Of a DNA stretch of 37,714 nt, positions 29,146-37,714 are shown piece by piece. Made by a program: the position numbers and the translations under genes. How positions within the stretch are numbered: the stretch's first letter is position 1; each line of letters starts with the position of its first letter. The notes below the pieces were generated by a model. That model was not told where the DNA came from and made no database searches. It saw only the letters and a program-made list of their open reading frames with translations. This stretch comes from Bacteroidales bacterium (lineage in GTDB: Bacteria; Bacteroidota; Bacteroidia; Bacteroidales; JBEPYD01): the NCBI GenBank assembly GCA_041641575.1, contig JBEPYD010000005.1, positions 1 through 37,714 on the forward strand, in the 5' to 3' direction.

Positions 29146-29913
29146 ATGAATATTAAAATCTCTCGTGCTTATTTGTATGTTGTTTTATTTATTTTAATGA
29201 CTGCTTCATGTGTGCCTTATGAGAAACTTAAATATACCCAGGATATTGAAGGTGCACAAAATGAACAATTTACCAATATAAGGGAGGAGAAAAAAATTAA
29301 GCCATTTGATAATCTTAACGTAAAAATATACAGTTTAGATCCTAAAGTCTCTGCAATATTTACGGATGAAGAAGCTCGCAATTTAGATGTAAGGTATAAA
29401 AGCTATACGGTTTCTAAAGAGGGATATATTACACTACCTTTTATAGATAAAATAAATGTAAAAGATTTAACCATCGATGAAGCGCGTGTCAAAATTGAGG
29501 AGAAAATGAATAGTTACCTAAATGATATTTCCGTAATGATACGTTTTGTCGGTAACCGCATAACAGTGTTAGGAGAGGTTCGTCAGCAAGGTGAATATGG
29601 TTTTTATGATGAAAAAATAACCATTTTTCAAGCGTTAAGTTATGCTAATGGCATTGCAGATTTTGGAAACAGGGAGGCCGTTACTATAATTAGAGAGGAG
29701 GATGGTTTATTTACTTATCATACATTAGATCTTACCCGCAAGGATGTCGTTGAGTCTGAGTTTTATTACCTTCTTCCTAATGATATAATTATTGTTAATC
29801 CCATAAAGGCAAAATATCGATATTTACGAGATTATGCATTACTTGGAACTATCTTTAGTACCATCACAACAATTGCGGTATTGGTTAATGTAATCTTCAA
29901 TATTCAAAACTAA
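29146..29913 (+). CDS. wza: Polysaccharide export outer-membrane lipoprotein (OPX)
   Basis: Lipobox MTASC with start at ATG 29146, a Poly_export motif (Y.V...G.I.LPFI), ITVLGEV, an SLBB domain, and a C-terminal helix. Confidence 0.88.
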   Translation: MNIKISRAYLYVVLFILMTASCVPYEKLKYTQDIEGAQNEQFTNIREEKKIKPFDNLNVKIYSLDPKVSAIFTDEEARNLDVRYKSYTVSKEGYITLPFIDKINVKDLTIDEARVKIEEKMNSYLNDISVMIRFVGNRITVLGEVRQQGEYGFYDEKITIFQALSYANGIADFGNREAVTIIREEDGLFTYHTLDLTRKDVVESEFYYLLPNDIIIVNPIKAKYRYLRDYALLGTIFSTITTIAVLVNVIFNIQN

Positions 29914-29932
29914 TTCAATTGATTCTATATAA

Positions 29933-32395
29933 ATGGCACAGGCAGAAGTCTCTTCGCAACAGATTAAGCGATTAATTCATAATTTCCTCGATTACAAATA
30001 TCTATTTGCTACTTTTATTGTAATTGCATTAGTCCTCGCATATTTATTTAATAAATATACTCCAAGGGCTTATAGTAATTCCACTACTTTACTTATTAAG
30101 ACTGAAAATAAAGGTAGCCTTTTGAAAAACGATGATCTAGCGCCATTGTTAGGATTAATGGGCGGCACATCAAATATAGATAACGAGATAGGCATGCTTA
30201 CCTCATTTTCATTAATAGAAGAGACGATAAGTCACCTTGATTTTGAAGTCTCCTACTATAATGAGAAAAAAAATTTTCTGCAGGAATATTTAGATGATCC
30301 TCCATTTAACATCACCTGGGAACTTTATAATAATTCGCCGATTAAAGTTGAGATAGACCCTTCTAAATCTCAGCCAATATATTTGCGATTCGATGTTGAA
30401 ATATTAAATGAGGAAGAATTTATTCTCACCGCCACTGGTGAAAAAATAGCATTGTATAACTATATCGATAACGAATTTGCCGGTTCAGCAGATAGCATCC
30501 GTTTCAGACGAAAATTTAAATTTGGTGAATTTATCGAAGCGGATTATATGAGCTTTAAAGTAACATTGACGGATAATTATCCATATAGCTATTCCGATGA
30601 TGCAAACTTGTATTTTCAACTCAACAATATGGAATACGTAACTCTACAGTATCAGGAGTCTTTGGCAACTGAAACTACGAGTCCTGCCTCAACTCTTCTC
30701 AAGGTTACAGCTTCCGGCGCAAATTATTCAAAAATCACAGATTTTCTTAATGAGTTAATCAATGTGTTTTTAAATCGCAATCTAAAGCGCAAGAATAATA
30801 TTGCCAAGAGTACCGTGGATTTTATTGATAGCCAGATATCTGATGTTGCTGACTCATTAGGTACTGCAAGAACAACGCTGGAAAATTTTCGTTCCGCAAA
30901 TCAGGTGATGGATCTTAGCTTTCAGGGACAACGTATTTTTGAACAGATGAATACACTTGAAACAGAAAAAGCTGGTTTATTATCTCAGCGCAGGTATTAC
31001 AAGTACTTACAAGGGTACTTTAATGAGAATAAACAATTGAGCGACCTAGTGGCTCCCTCCTCAATGAATGTTGTTGATCCACTATTGACAAACCTGGTTA
31101 CGCAACTTATTACTTTAAGTACAGAAAGACAAAACCTTATAAGTAATGCCCGAAGCGGTGAGCAGAACTTATACCTGAATAACCTTGAAACCCAGATCAA
31201 TAATCTTAAGCGAACGATATCGGAAAATGTTAATAATAACCTGAATAACCTTAAAATATCTATTAATGAAATTGACTACCGTATTAATCGCCTTTCAGGT
31301 GAAATAAGTAAATTGCCCAAAACAGAGTTGCAATTAACCAGTATTCAACGGAAATTTAATCTGAATGAAGAGATCTATACTTTCCTGCTCGAGAGAAGGG
31401 CAGAAGCACAGATTGCCCGTGCATCAAACTCACCAGATTATGAGGTCATTGATGAGGCAAGGTTTATAAAAGATTCTCCCATTAAGCCCAAAAAGAAGTT
31501 AAATTACATGATCGCACTTGTTTTAGGTACTTTCATTCCTGCTGCATTTGTTATCGTTAAGGATTTACTGGATAATAAAATTAATGATAAAAGAGATATT
31601 GAACATCTGACCAGCCTGCCAATGATTGGTCACCTTTTCCACAATAACAGGAAAACAAATACCATTATTGCAGACCACCCGAAATCCGCAGTCTCAGAAT
31701 CATTTCGCTCAGTAAGAACTAATTTACAGATACTTTCACAAGGCAAAACCAAGCAATTATTTGTGGTTACTTCTTCGCAATCGGGAGAAGGTAAAACATT
31801 TGCAGCTATTAACCTGGCCTCGGCTTTTGCCCTTTTTGGTCGTAAGACCCTCTTGTTAGGATTCGATCTTAGGCGGCCCATGATTTTTCAGGATTTTAAC
31901 CTTACCAATATTCTTGGTATAAGCTCTTATTTGAGTAACAGGGCGCTTTTGGATGATATTATACAACCCACACCACTGGCTAACCTTGATCTTATCGCTG
32001 CCGGTCCGGTGCCGCCAAACCCTGTGGAATTAATTGCTTCAGACAGAACAAATGAAATGATCACACGCCTGAGAAAGATGTATGATTATATCATTATTGA
32101 CACGGCTCCAGTTGGAGTGGTTACAGATACCTTCCTGCTCATGAATTATGCTGATGTGAATATCTTTGTCTGCCGCCAGGGTGTGACAACCAAGGATACC
32201 TTTACCACTACTGTTGAAAGCATTGAGAACAACAAGATTACAAATTTACACATTCTCCTGAATGATGTTCATCCTAAAAAGGCTGGCTATGGGTATGGTT
32301 ATGATACCAAATATTATGGAGAAAGATACGAAAAGCAATCCCTTTGGAAGCGTATTGCCCGCCGTACAAAGAGGAGGAAGCCATACGGGGCTTGA
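29933..32395 (+). CDS. wzc: Polysaccharide co-polymerase / BY tyrosine kinase
   Basis: Two TM helices flanking a coiled-coil region, ESFRSVRTN, Walker A SSQSGEGKT, DLRRP, IIIDTAP, and a Tyr cluster GYGYGYDTKYY. Confidence 0.95.
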   Translation: MAQAEVSSQQIKRLIHNFLDYKYLFATFIVIALVLAYLFNKYTPRAYSNSTTLLIKTENKGSLLKNDDLAPLLGLMGGTSNIDNEIGMLTSFSLIEETISHLDFEVSYYNEKKNFLQEYLDDPPFNITWELYNNSPIKVEIDPSKSQPIYLRFDVEILNEEEFILTATGEKIALYNYIDNEFAGSADSIRFRRKFKFGEFIEADYMSFKVTLTDNYPYSYSDDANLYFQLNNMEYVTLQYQESLATETTSPASTLLKVTASGANYSKITDFLNELINVFLNRNLKRKNNIAKSTVDFIDSQISDVADSLGTARTTLENFRSANQVMDLSFQGQRIFEQMNTLETEKAGLLSQRRYYKYLQGYFNENKQLSDLVAPSSMNVVDPLLTNLVTQLITLSTERQNLISNARSGEQNLYLNNLETQINNLKRTISENVNNNLNNLKISINEIDYRINRLSGEISKLPKTELQLTSIQRKFNLNEEIYTFLLERRAEAQIARASNSPDYEVIDEARFIKDSPIKPKKKLNYMIALVLGTFIPAAFVIVKDLLDNKINDKRDIEHLTSLPMIGHLFHNNRKTNTIIADHPKSAVSESFRSVRTNLQILSQGKTKQLFVVTSSQSGEGKTFAAINLASAFALFGRKTLLLGFDLRRPMIFQDFNLTNILGISSYLSNRALLDDIIQPTPLANLDLIAAGPVPPNPVELIASDRTNEMITRLRKMYDYIIIDTAPVGVVTDTFLLMNYADVNIFVCRQGVTTKDTFTTTVESIENNKITNLHILLNDVHPKKAGYGYGYDTKYYGERYEKQSLWKRIARRTKRRKPYGA

Positions 32396-32430
32396 TATTA
32401 TTATCCGACTCTACTGATTGTTTCAGAATT

Positions 32431-33297
32431 TTATGTACGCAACTTAGCAGCTTCAAAAAGATTAATGGTTTGAACCGCCTCTTTCACATCATGCACCCGG
32501 AGTATGGATGCTCCTTTGCTCAGTGCAAGGGTATTCAATACAGTGGTGCCGTTTAAAGCTTCTTCTGAAGTAAGTCCCAGTGTTTTATAAATCATTGATT
32601 TGCGGGAAAGGCCGGTGAGTAGCGGAAGTCCGGTAACATAAAATTCATCCAGTCTGTTTAATAATTCAAAATTCTGCCGGATATTTTTGGCAAAACCAAA
32701 TCCGGGATCCAGGATGATATCCTTAACACCCAACTTTTGCAAAAGGTTGGCTTTTGCAATCAGGTCTAAAATTATTTCTTTGGTTAAATTTTCGTATTTA
32801 TTTTCTTTCGTCATGGTTTGGGGTGTGCCCCGCATATGCATCAATATATAAGGGACGTTCAGTCCGGCTATGGTTTCAAACATATGCTCATCCATTGTGC
32901 CACCTGAAACATCATTTACCATAGAGATACCATATTCTTCTACCGCCCATTTTGCTATCGAAGATCTAAAAGTATCCAATGATGCCATGATGTGCGGAAG
33001 GTTTTGTTTGATTTCCGCCAAAACAGGTATAAGCCGCTGTTTTTCTTCTTCTTCAGAAAGCAAACCGGCACCTGGACGCGTGGAAACAGCACCAATATCA
33101 ATAAAGGTGGCGCCATCATTCAGCATCTCTTCTATTTGATGCATTACCTTACCAATATCACCAAACCTGCTTCCTGAATAAAAAGAATCAGGTGTAAGGT
33201 TGATGATGCCCATTACTCTTGGTGTTGCAAGGTCGATGATATTTCCTTTGCAGCAAATGGTATGCTTTTTATAAAACAGATCTTCTTCCAGTTTCAA
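32431..33297 (-). CDS. folP: Dihydropteroate synthase
   Basis: On the minus strand (TTG start; the ORF track says '+'). VMGIINLTPDSF, IDIGAVSTRPG, NDVSGG, LDPGFGFAK, GLSRKS, LRVHDV. Confidence 0.97.
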   Translation of the reverse strand: MKLEEDLFYKKHTICCKGNIIDLATPRVMGIINLTPDSFYSGSRFGDIGKVMHQIEEMLNDGATFIDIGAVSTRPGAGLLSEEEEKQRLIPVLAEIKQNLPHIMASLDTFRSSIAKWAVEEYGISMVNDVSGGTMDEHMFETIAGLNVPYILMHMRGTPQTMTKENKYENLTKEIILDLIAKANLLQKLGVKDIILDPGFGFAKNIRQNFELLNRLDEFYVTGLPLLTGLSRKSMIYKTLGLTSEEALNGTTVLNTLALSKGASILRVHDVKEAVQTINLFEAAKLRT

Positions 33298-33331
33298 ACT
33301 ATCGCTTTTTTTAAATGTGGAATTATAACAG

Positions 33332-33408
33332 CAAAAGTATGAAAAATATATTCCATACGCTTTCCTGCGAATAAAATGGCGACATCTCCCGGTAAAATGC
33401 TATTTTTG
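33332..33408. promoter_or_regulatory. Divergent -7 elements for folP (TACTTTTG, minus, 33332-39) and tmk (TATTTTTG, plus, 33401-08)
   Basis: Two exact TAnnTTTG(C) matches, each about 30-35 bp from its start codon. Confidence 0.6.
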
Positions 33409-33439
33409 CTTAAATAAAATATGCTAATACACTGTTTTG

Positions 33440-34126
33440 ATGAAATTTATAACGCTGGAAGGACTTGATGGCTCGGGTAAGTCCACACAATTAAATCTTT
33501 TAAAAGAGTATTTTACCAAAAAGCAGTTGCCATACAAGTTCCTGCATTTTCCGAGAACAGCTACCAAACCTTTCGGTGAATTAATTGCACGCTTTTTACG
33601 TGGCGACCTGGGTGCCAATGACCAGGTAAATCCTTACCTTGTTGCTTTGCTTTATGCTGAAGATCGGCACGATGCAAAAAACAGGGTGCAAGCGTGGTTA
33701 AAAGATGGTTATCATGTAATAGTAGACCGGTATGTACATTCAAATGTGGCTTTTCAATGTGCCAAAGTTCCCGATAAACAGGAGAAGAAAGAATTACAAA
33801 AATGGATATATGAGCTTGAATACGATCATTTTGCACTTCCCAAACCCGATGTAAGTATATTTCTGGATGTGCCCTTTACTTTTACAAGCCAGAATCTTAA
33901 AAATGCCAGGGCAGGAGAGGACAGGGATTACCTTCATGGTAAGGAAGATATTCATGAAAAGGATCTAAGCTTTCAGGAGAGCGTAAGGGATATTTATGTG
34001 AATTATATTGATGGAGAAGACAATTTTAACCTGATTAACTGCAGTAAAAATGGTTCAGACATGCTTTCTGCCGAGGAGGTTTTTTACAGAATAAAAACTA
34101 TTTTAAACCAAAAATTAGGATTATAA
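33440..34126 (+). CDS. tmk: Thymidylate kinase
   Basis: FITLEGLDGSGKSTQ P-loop, LLYAEDR, VDRYVHS, PD..IFLDVP. Confidence 0.95.
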   Translation: MKFITLEGLDGSGKSTQLNLLKEYFTKKQLPYKFLHFPRTATKPFGELIARFLRGDLGANDQVNPYLVALLYAEDRHDAKNRVQAWLKDGYHVIVDRYVHSNVAFQCAKVPDKQEKKELQKWIYELEYDHFALPKPDVSIFLDVPFTFTSQNLKNARAGEDRDYLHGKEDIHEKDLSFQESVRDIYVNYIDGEDNFNLINCSKNGSDMLSAEEVFYRIKTILNQKLGL

Positions 34127-34130
34127 GAAT

Positions 34131-34168
34131 CAAAAAAGAGGTTGTCATTATTGATCAACCTCTTTTTG
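34131..34168. terminator. Bidirectional intrinsic terminator between tmk and tRNA-Phe
   Basis: AAAAAGAGGTTG (34133-44) and CAACCTCTTTTT (34156-67) form an inverted repeat between convergent genes. Confidence 0.85.
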
Positions 34169-34172
34169 TGGG

Positions 34173-34245
<73 letters not shown>

Positions 34246-34266
34246 CCGTTGCTGTTAAAAGCGTTG

Positions 34267-34274
34267 CAAATGTA
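34267..34274 (-). promoter_or_regulatory. -7 element (TACATTTG) for tRNA-Phe
   Basis: Exact TAnnTTTG(C) match about 21 bp upstream of the tRNA 5' end. Confidence 0.6.
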
Positions 34275-34401
34275 TGCATTTTTTTCTTTTTTTAAAATGA
34301 TTTCTACCAAAACCCCAACAATATTTCTTTTATTTAAATCCATTTTAATTTATTTATCATTCACACTCGTAGGCCGTGCATTTGTTTTTAGAAAAAAAGC
34401 C

Positions 34402-34431
34402 TTGTAAGCCTGTGTAGTTAGGTTAACTTTG
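34402..34431 (+). promoter_or_regulatory. Bacteroidota housekeeping-sigma promoter TTG-N19-TAACTTTG for the peptidase operon
   Basis: Both the -33 and -7 elements are present with consensus spacing. Confidence 0.65.
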
Positions 34432-34581
34432 CAGGGATGAAACCCTCACGAACATGCATAACAAAGTCATGATCAAATTATGAGGTTAACAAGGTATTCG
34501 ATACAGAAATCAAGTATGAATTACTTATATGTTAGAAATACAGATATTTAACGAATATTATTTTCAAGTGAAAAAAGCTGA

Positions 34582-35808
34582 ATGGAATATCAGAATTATC
34601 AATTAAAAAATGGCATAAGAATTATTCACCGGTATACGGATAGTATTATCGCACACATGGGACTGCTAATAAATGCCGGATCGCGTGATGAGAATACGGA
34701 TGAGCATGGTATTGCGCATTTTATTGAGCATAGTTTGTTCAAAGGTACTACCCGCCGCCGCTCATATCATATCATCAGCCGATTGGAAGATGTTGGCGGC
34801 GAATTGAATGCCTATACCACAAAAGAAGAGACCTGTATTTATGCTTCATTCCTGGATACGGAGTGTAAAAGGGCGATGGAGCTGATCAGTGATATCGTAT
34901 TTAATTCTGTTTTTCCTGAACGTGAATTGGAAAAAGAGAAGGTAATTATTGAGGATGAAATAAATTCTTACCTCGATACTCCGGGTGAGTTAATCTTTGA
35001 TGAATTTGAAGAGATTGTATACAAAGCGACACCCTTTGAAAGAAATATTCTGGGAACACCTGCTTCTGTTGAGAAATTTAACCGGAAGCAAATCAGGTCG
35101 TTTATGCATGAAAACTATGCTACTGATGAAATGGTACTGGGAATAATTGGCAATATTCCCATTAAAAAAATCATTAAATGGGCTGAAATATATTTCTCTG
35201 ATGTTCCTGCAAATTCGAGGCTGCGGAAACGCCATCCCATCGATATAAACAATTATATGCCTCTTTCTGAAGTGAAAGAAAAAGGTACCCACCAGGTACA
35301 TTGCATAATAGGTAACCGTGCATATAACTTAAATGATGAAAAACGTCTTGCCCTGCATTTGCTGAATAATATATTGGGCGGTCCGGGAATGAACAGCCGG
35401 CTGAATATGTCGCTGCGGGAAAGAAACGGATATTCCTATAACGTGGAATCTTCATATAACCCATACATTGATACCGGACTTTTCTCCATTTACTTTGGGG
35501 TGGAGCCAAAAAATCTTGATAAAAGTCTGCGGCTGGTTCAAAGGGAATTCAGATTATTGAAAGATAAAAAACTAGGAGTGTTGCAGATGTCAAGAGCCAA
35601 AAAGCAGCTGCTTGGTCAATTGGCAATAGCATCTGAAAATAATGAAAATGCGATGCTTTCAATGGCCAAAAGCTTTATGGTGTTCAACCGTATTGAAGAT
35701 ATGGAAGAAATACGAAGAAAATTAGATTATATTACACCTGAAGATTTGTTAGAAGTTGCAAACGAAATTTTGGACAGCAACGCGTTGTCCCGTTTAATAT
35801 ATCAATAA
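34582..35808 (+). CDS. M16 family zinc metallopeptidase
   Basis: GSRDE...GIAHFIEH (HxxEH), LNAYTTKE, LGG..MNSRL...LRE..G.SY. Confidence 0.95.
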   Translation: MEYQNYQLKNGIRIIHRYTDSIIAHMGLLINAGSRDENTDEHGIAHFIEHSLFKGTTRRRSYHIISRLEDVGGELNAYTTKEETCIYASFLDTECKRAMELISDIVFNSVFPERELEKEKVIIEDEINSYLDTPGELIFDEFEEIVYKATPFERNILGTPASVEKFNRKQIRSFMHENYATDEMVLGIIGNIPIKKIIKWAEIYFSDVPANSRLRKRHPIDINNYMPLSEVKEKGTHQVHCIIGNRAYNLNDEKRLALHLLNNILGGPGMNSRLNMSLRERNGYSYNVESSYNPYIDTGLFSIYFGVEPKNLDKSLRLVQREFRLLKDKKLGVLQMSRAKKQLLGQLAIASENNENAMLSMAKSFMVFNRIEDMEEIRRKLDYITPEDLLEVANEILDSNALSRLIYQ

Positions 35809-35815
35809 TAATACT

Positions 35816-36454
35816 ATGGAATTGGATAAAAAAATCGAAGATTATATTTTTAGTGTTTCAGACAAAGAACATGAAGTACTGTCTGAGTTGAACCGGAATA
35901 CATATCTCAAAGTTTTACATCCGCGAATGTTGTCTGGGCATCTGCAGGGTATGATGCTTCGGTTTATCACCCGTTTATTGAAGCCTCAAAACGTGCTTGA
36001 GATTGGAACTTATACCGGTTATTCTGCCATTTGCTTTGCTTTGGAACTGAGTGAAAACGGCATGGTGCATACCATTGAGATCAATGATGAATTGGAGAAA
36101 TTTTCTCAAGAATATTTTCAAAAGGCTGATGTGGCACCAAAAATAACACAACATATAGGTAATGCCCTGGAGATTATTCCTTCATTAAATGAATCTTTTG
36201 ACCTTGTATTTATTGATGGAGAAAAAGAGGAATATATTGATTATTATGAGTTATGTCTTAAAAAATTAAAGCCAGGTGGAATTATAATTGCCGATAATGT
36301 TTTATGGAGTGGAAAAGTTGTGGAAGAGCTTGATCCGAATGACAAATCTACAAAAGGAATATTAGCATTTAATGCGCATGTAAGGGAAGATGATCGCGTG
36401 GATAAATTTATCCTGCCCATTCGTGATGGTCTTTTTTTAATTCAGAAAAAGTAA
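35816..36454 (+). CDS. O-methyltransferase (Methyltransf_3, caffeoyl-CoA/YrrM-like)
   Basis: VLEIGTYTGYSA, FDLVFIDGEK, IADNVLWSG, LPIRDG. Confidence 0.92.
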   Translation: MELDKKIEDYIFSVSDKEHEVLSELNRNTYLKVLHPRMLSGHLQGMMLRFITRLLKPQNVLEIGTYTGYSAICFALELSENGMVHTIEINDELEKFSQEYFQKADVAPKITQHIGNALEIIPSLNESFDLVFIDGEKEEYIDYYELCLKKLKPGGIIIADNVLWSGKVVEELDPNDKSTKGILAFNAHVREDDRVDKFILPIRDGLFLIQKK

Positions 36455-36620
36455 ACCAGTCCCTGCTAAAAATCTTTAAATATGTGAATATGAAATATTT
36501 ATGATATTTCTCATCACGCACAACTCAAAACGCGTACCTGGTAGATAGAAATTAAATAATGGTAATTTTCATTCTATCTTATGAATTAATTACGTGCTTT
36601 TCATCAACAAGTGGAGATAT

Positions 36621-36694
36621 TGTTTAATGTTGTGGTTATTTTAATAAACATTTATGTAATCCTTGTGTTTATTAGATAAGTTTATACCTAAACA
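36621..36694. promoter_or_regulatory. Candidate operator array (TGTTTA/TAAACA x4) upstream of the CarH-like gene
   Basis: Hexamers start at 36621, 36645, 36666 and 36689. Includes the 9-bp inverted repeat TAATAAACA-N15-TGTTTATTA. Confidence 0.45.
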
Positions 36695-36711
36695 AGTGGT
36701 TTCGCTAAAAA

Positions 36712-37632
36712 ATGGCTAAATATTCAATAAAAGACCTGGAGAAATTATCAGGTATCAAAGCACATACAATACGAATCTGGGAGAAGAGATACGAATTAAT
36801 TAATCCAAGTCGAACTTCTACAAATATTCGATATTACTCAGATCAGGATCTGAAAAAGCTTCTCAATGTTTCTACATTGCACAGGAATGGCATAAAAATA
36901 TCCAAAATTGCGCAGATGAGCGATCAGGAAATTGTGGATAAGGTGCGGGGATATGCTGCAGAAACATCTGATTACGAAAGTCAGGTTGAGAATTTGGTGA
37001 TTAGCATGATTGAGCTTGATGAAGATCGTTTCGAGCGTATTCTATCTAAATCTATCATCCGCATTGGCTTTGATGAAACCATTGTAAGACTGGTATATCC
37101 TCTTTTTGAAAAGGTTGGGGTGCTGTGGCTTACTGGCACCATAAATCCTGCACAGGAACATTTTATGTCTAACCTTATTCGTCAAAAACTGATATCGGCC
37201 ATTGACAGTCAGATTTTTATTGAGAAACCTGATGAGAAAAAATTCATGTTATTTTTAAATGAAACAGAAATGCATGAATTGGGTTTATTGTTTTATAGTT
37301 ACCTGTTAAAAAAACAGGGGCACAGGGTTATTTACCTTGGACAATCAGTACCTTTTAATGATTTAAGAGAAATAAACAAAATTCAGTTTACAGAATATAT
37401 GCTCACTTCTTTTACGGCTGCTATGCCTCATAAGGAAATGCCTGAATATATTCAAAAACTATCCTCCTCATTTCCTGACAGGATTATTTTTATTACCGGG
37501 CTTCAGATGAAGGATATTGAGCAGAAAGATCTTCCAAATAACATCATAAAGGTGGGTTCCCCACAAGAATTACTTAAAATTCTTGAAGACCTTGATGTAA
37601 AAAAAAAAGAATCTGACTTAGTTACCGGTTAA
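36712..37632 (+). CDS. MerR-family regulator with cobalamin-binding domain (CarH/LitR-like)
   Basis: MerR HTH (YSIKDLE..SGIKAHTIRIWEKRY), Wx9EH (WLTGTINPAQEH), ExHxxG (EMHELG), YLGQSVP. Confidence 0.9.
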   Translation: MAKYSIKDLEKLSGIKAHTIRIWEKRYELINPSRTSTNIRYYSDQDLKKLLNVSTLHRNGIKISKIAQMSDQEIVDKVRGYAAETSDYESQVENLVISMIELDEDRFERILSKSIIRIGFDETIVRLVYPLFEKVGVLWLTGTINPAQEHFMSNLIRQKLISAIDSQIFIEKPDEKKFMLFLNETEMHELGLLFYSYLLKKQGHRVIYLGQSVPFNDLREINKIQFTEYMLTSFTAAMPHKEMPEYIQKLSSSFPDRIIFITGLQMKDIEQKDLPNNIIKVGSPQELLKILEDLDVKKKESDLVTG

Positions 37633-37714
37633 CCTTCATTTCTGCTGGAATATTCTTAAGGGAATCAAGATAATCTTCTACATGCTGGAGTGTTTCTTCA
37701 ATACGAAATCTTTC
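37622..37714 (-). CDS. Possible 3' end of a convergent gene entering from the right edge
   Basis: An open frame ERFRIEETLQHVEDYLDSLKNIPAEMKVNR* overlaps the regulator's stop by 11 bp. Only 31 codons are visible. Confidence 0.35.
   Translation of the reverse strand, partial: ERFRIEETLQHVEDYLDSLKNIPAEMKVNR

Noticed and set aside
32431-33297. ORF track lists folP on the + strand
   Set aside because: The sequence has CAA at 33295-97 and TTA at 32431-33; the gene is on the minus strand, convergent with wzc.

Overview
Bacteroidota DNA, judged from a T9SS C-terminal domain, TAnnTTTG promoters and mostly A-rich translation starts. It is probably an environmental Bacteroidales-like organism (inference). 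Positions 1-32,395 are the distal part of a large Wzx/Wzy-type exopolysaccharide or capsule locus. It contains a CDP-sugar cassette (rfbF, a SAF-domain oxidoreductase, an extended SDR, an RmlC-like epimerase and a C-methyltransferase), eight glycosyltransferases (4 GT2, 1 GT8, 1 GT-B/GT4-like, 2 WecB/TagA), and a 1056-aa HAD/ribofuranosyltransferase-like protein fused to a degenerate beta-propeller. It also has wzy, wzx, MBOAT+SGNH and LbH acyltransferases, and ends with the priming transferase, wza and wzc. Three genes run against the locus: a YdjM-like hydrolase, a T9SS-secreted beta-helix/CBM32 protein and an orphan SiaC (DUF1987). A repeated TTTGTCAAA motif lies in the divergent intergenic regions around siaC. 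After 32.4 kb come folP, tmk, tRNA-Phe(GAA), an M16 peptidase, an O-methyltransferase and a CarH/LitR-like B12-binding MerR regulator. The supplied ORF track mislabels two ORFs as '+': 24180-26546 and 32431-33297 are on the minus strand. All family calls come from motif recognition by eye; no searches were run.
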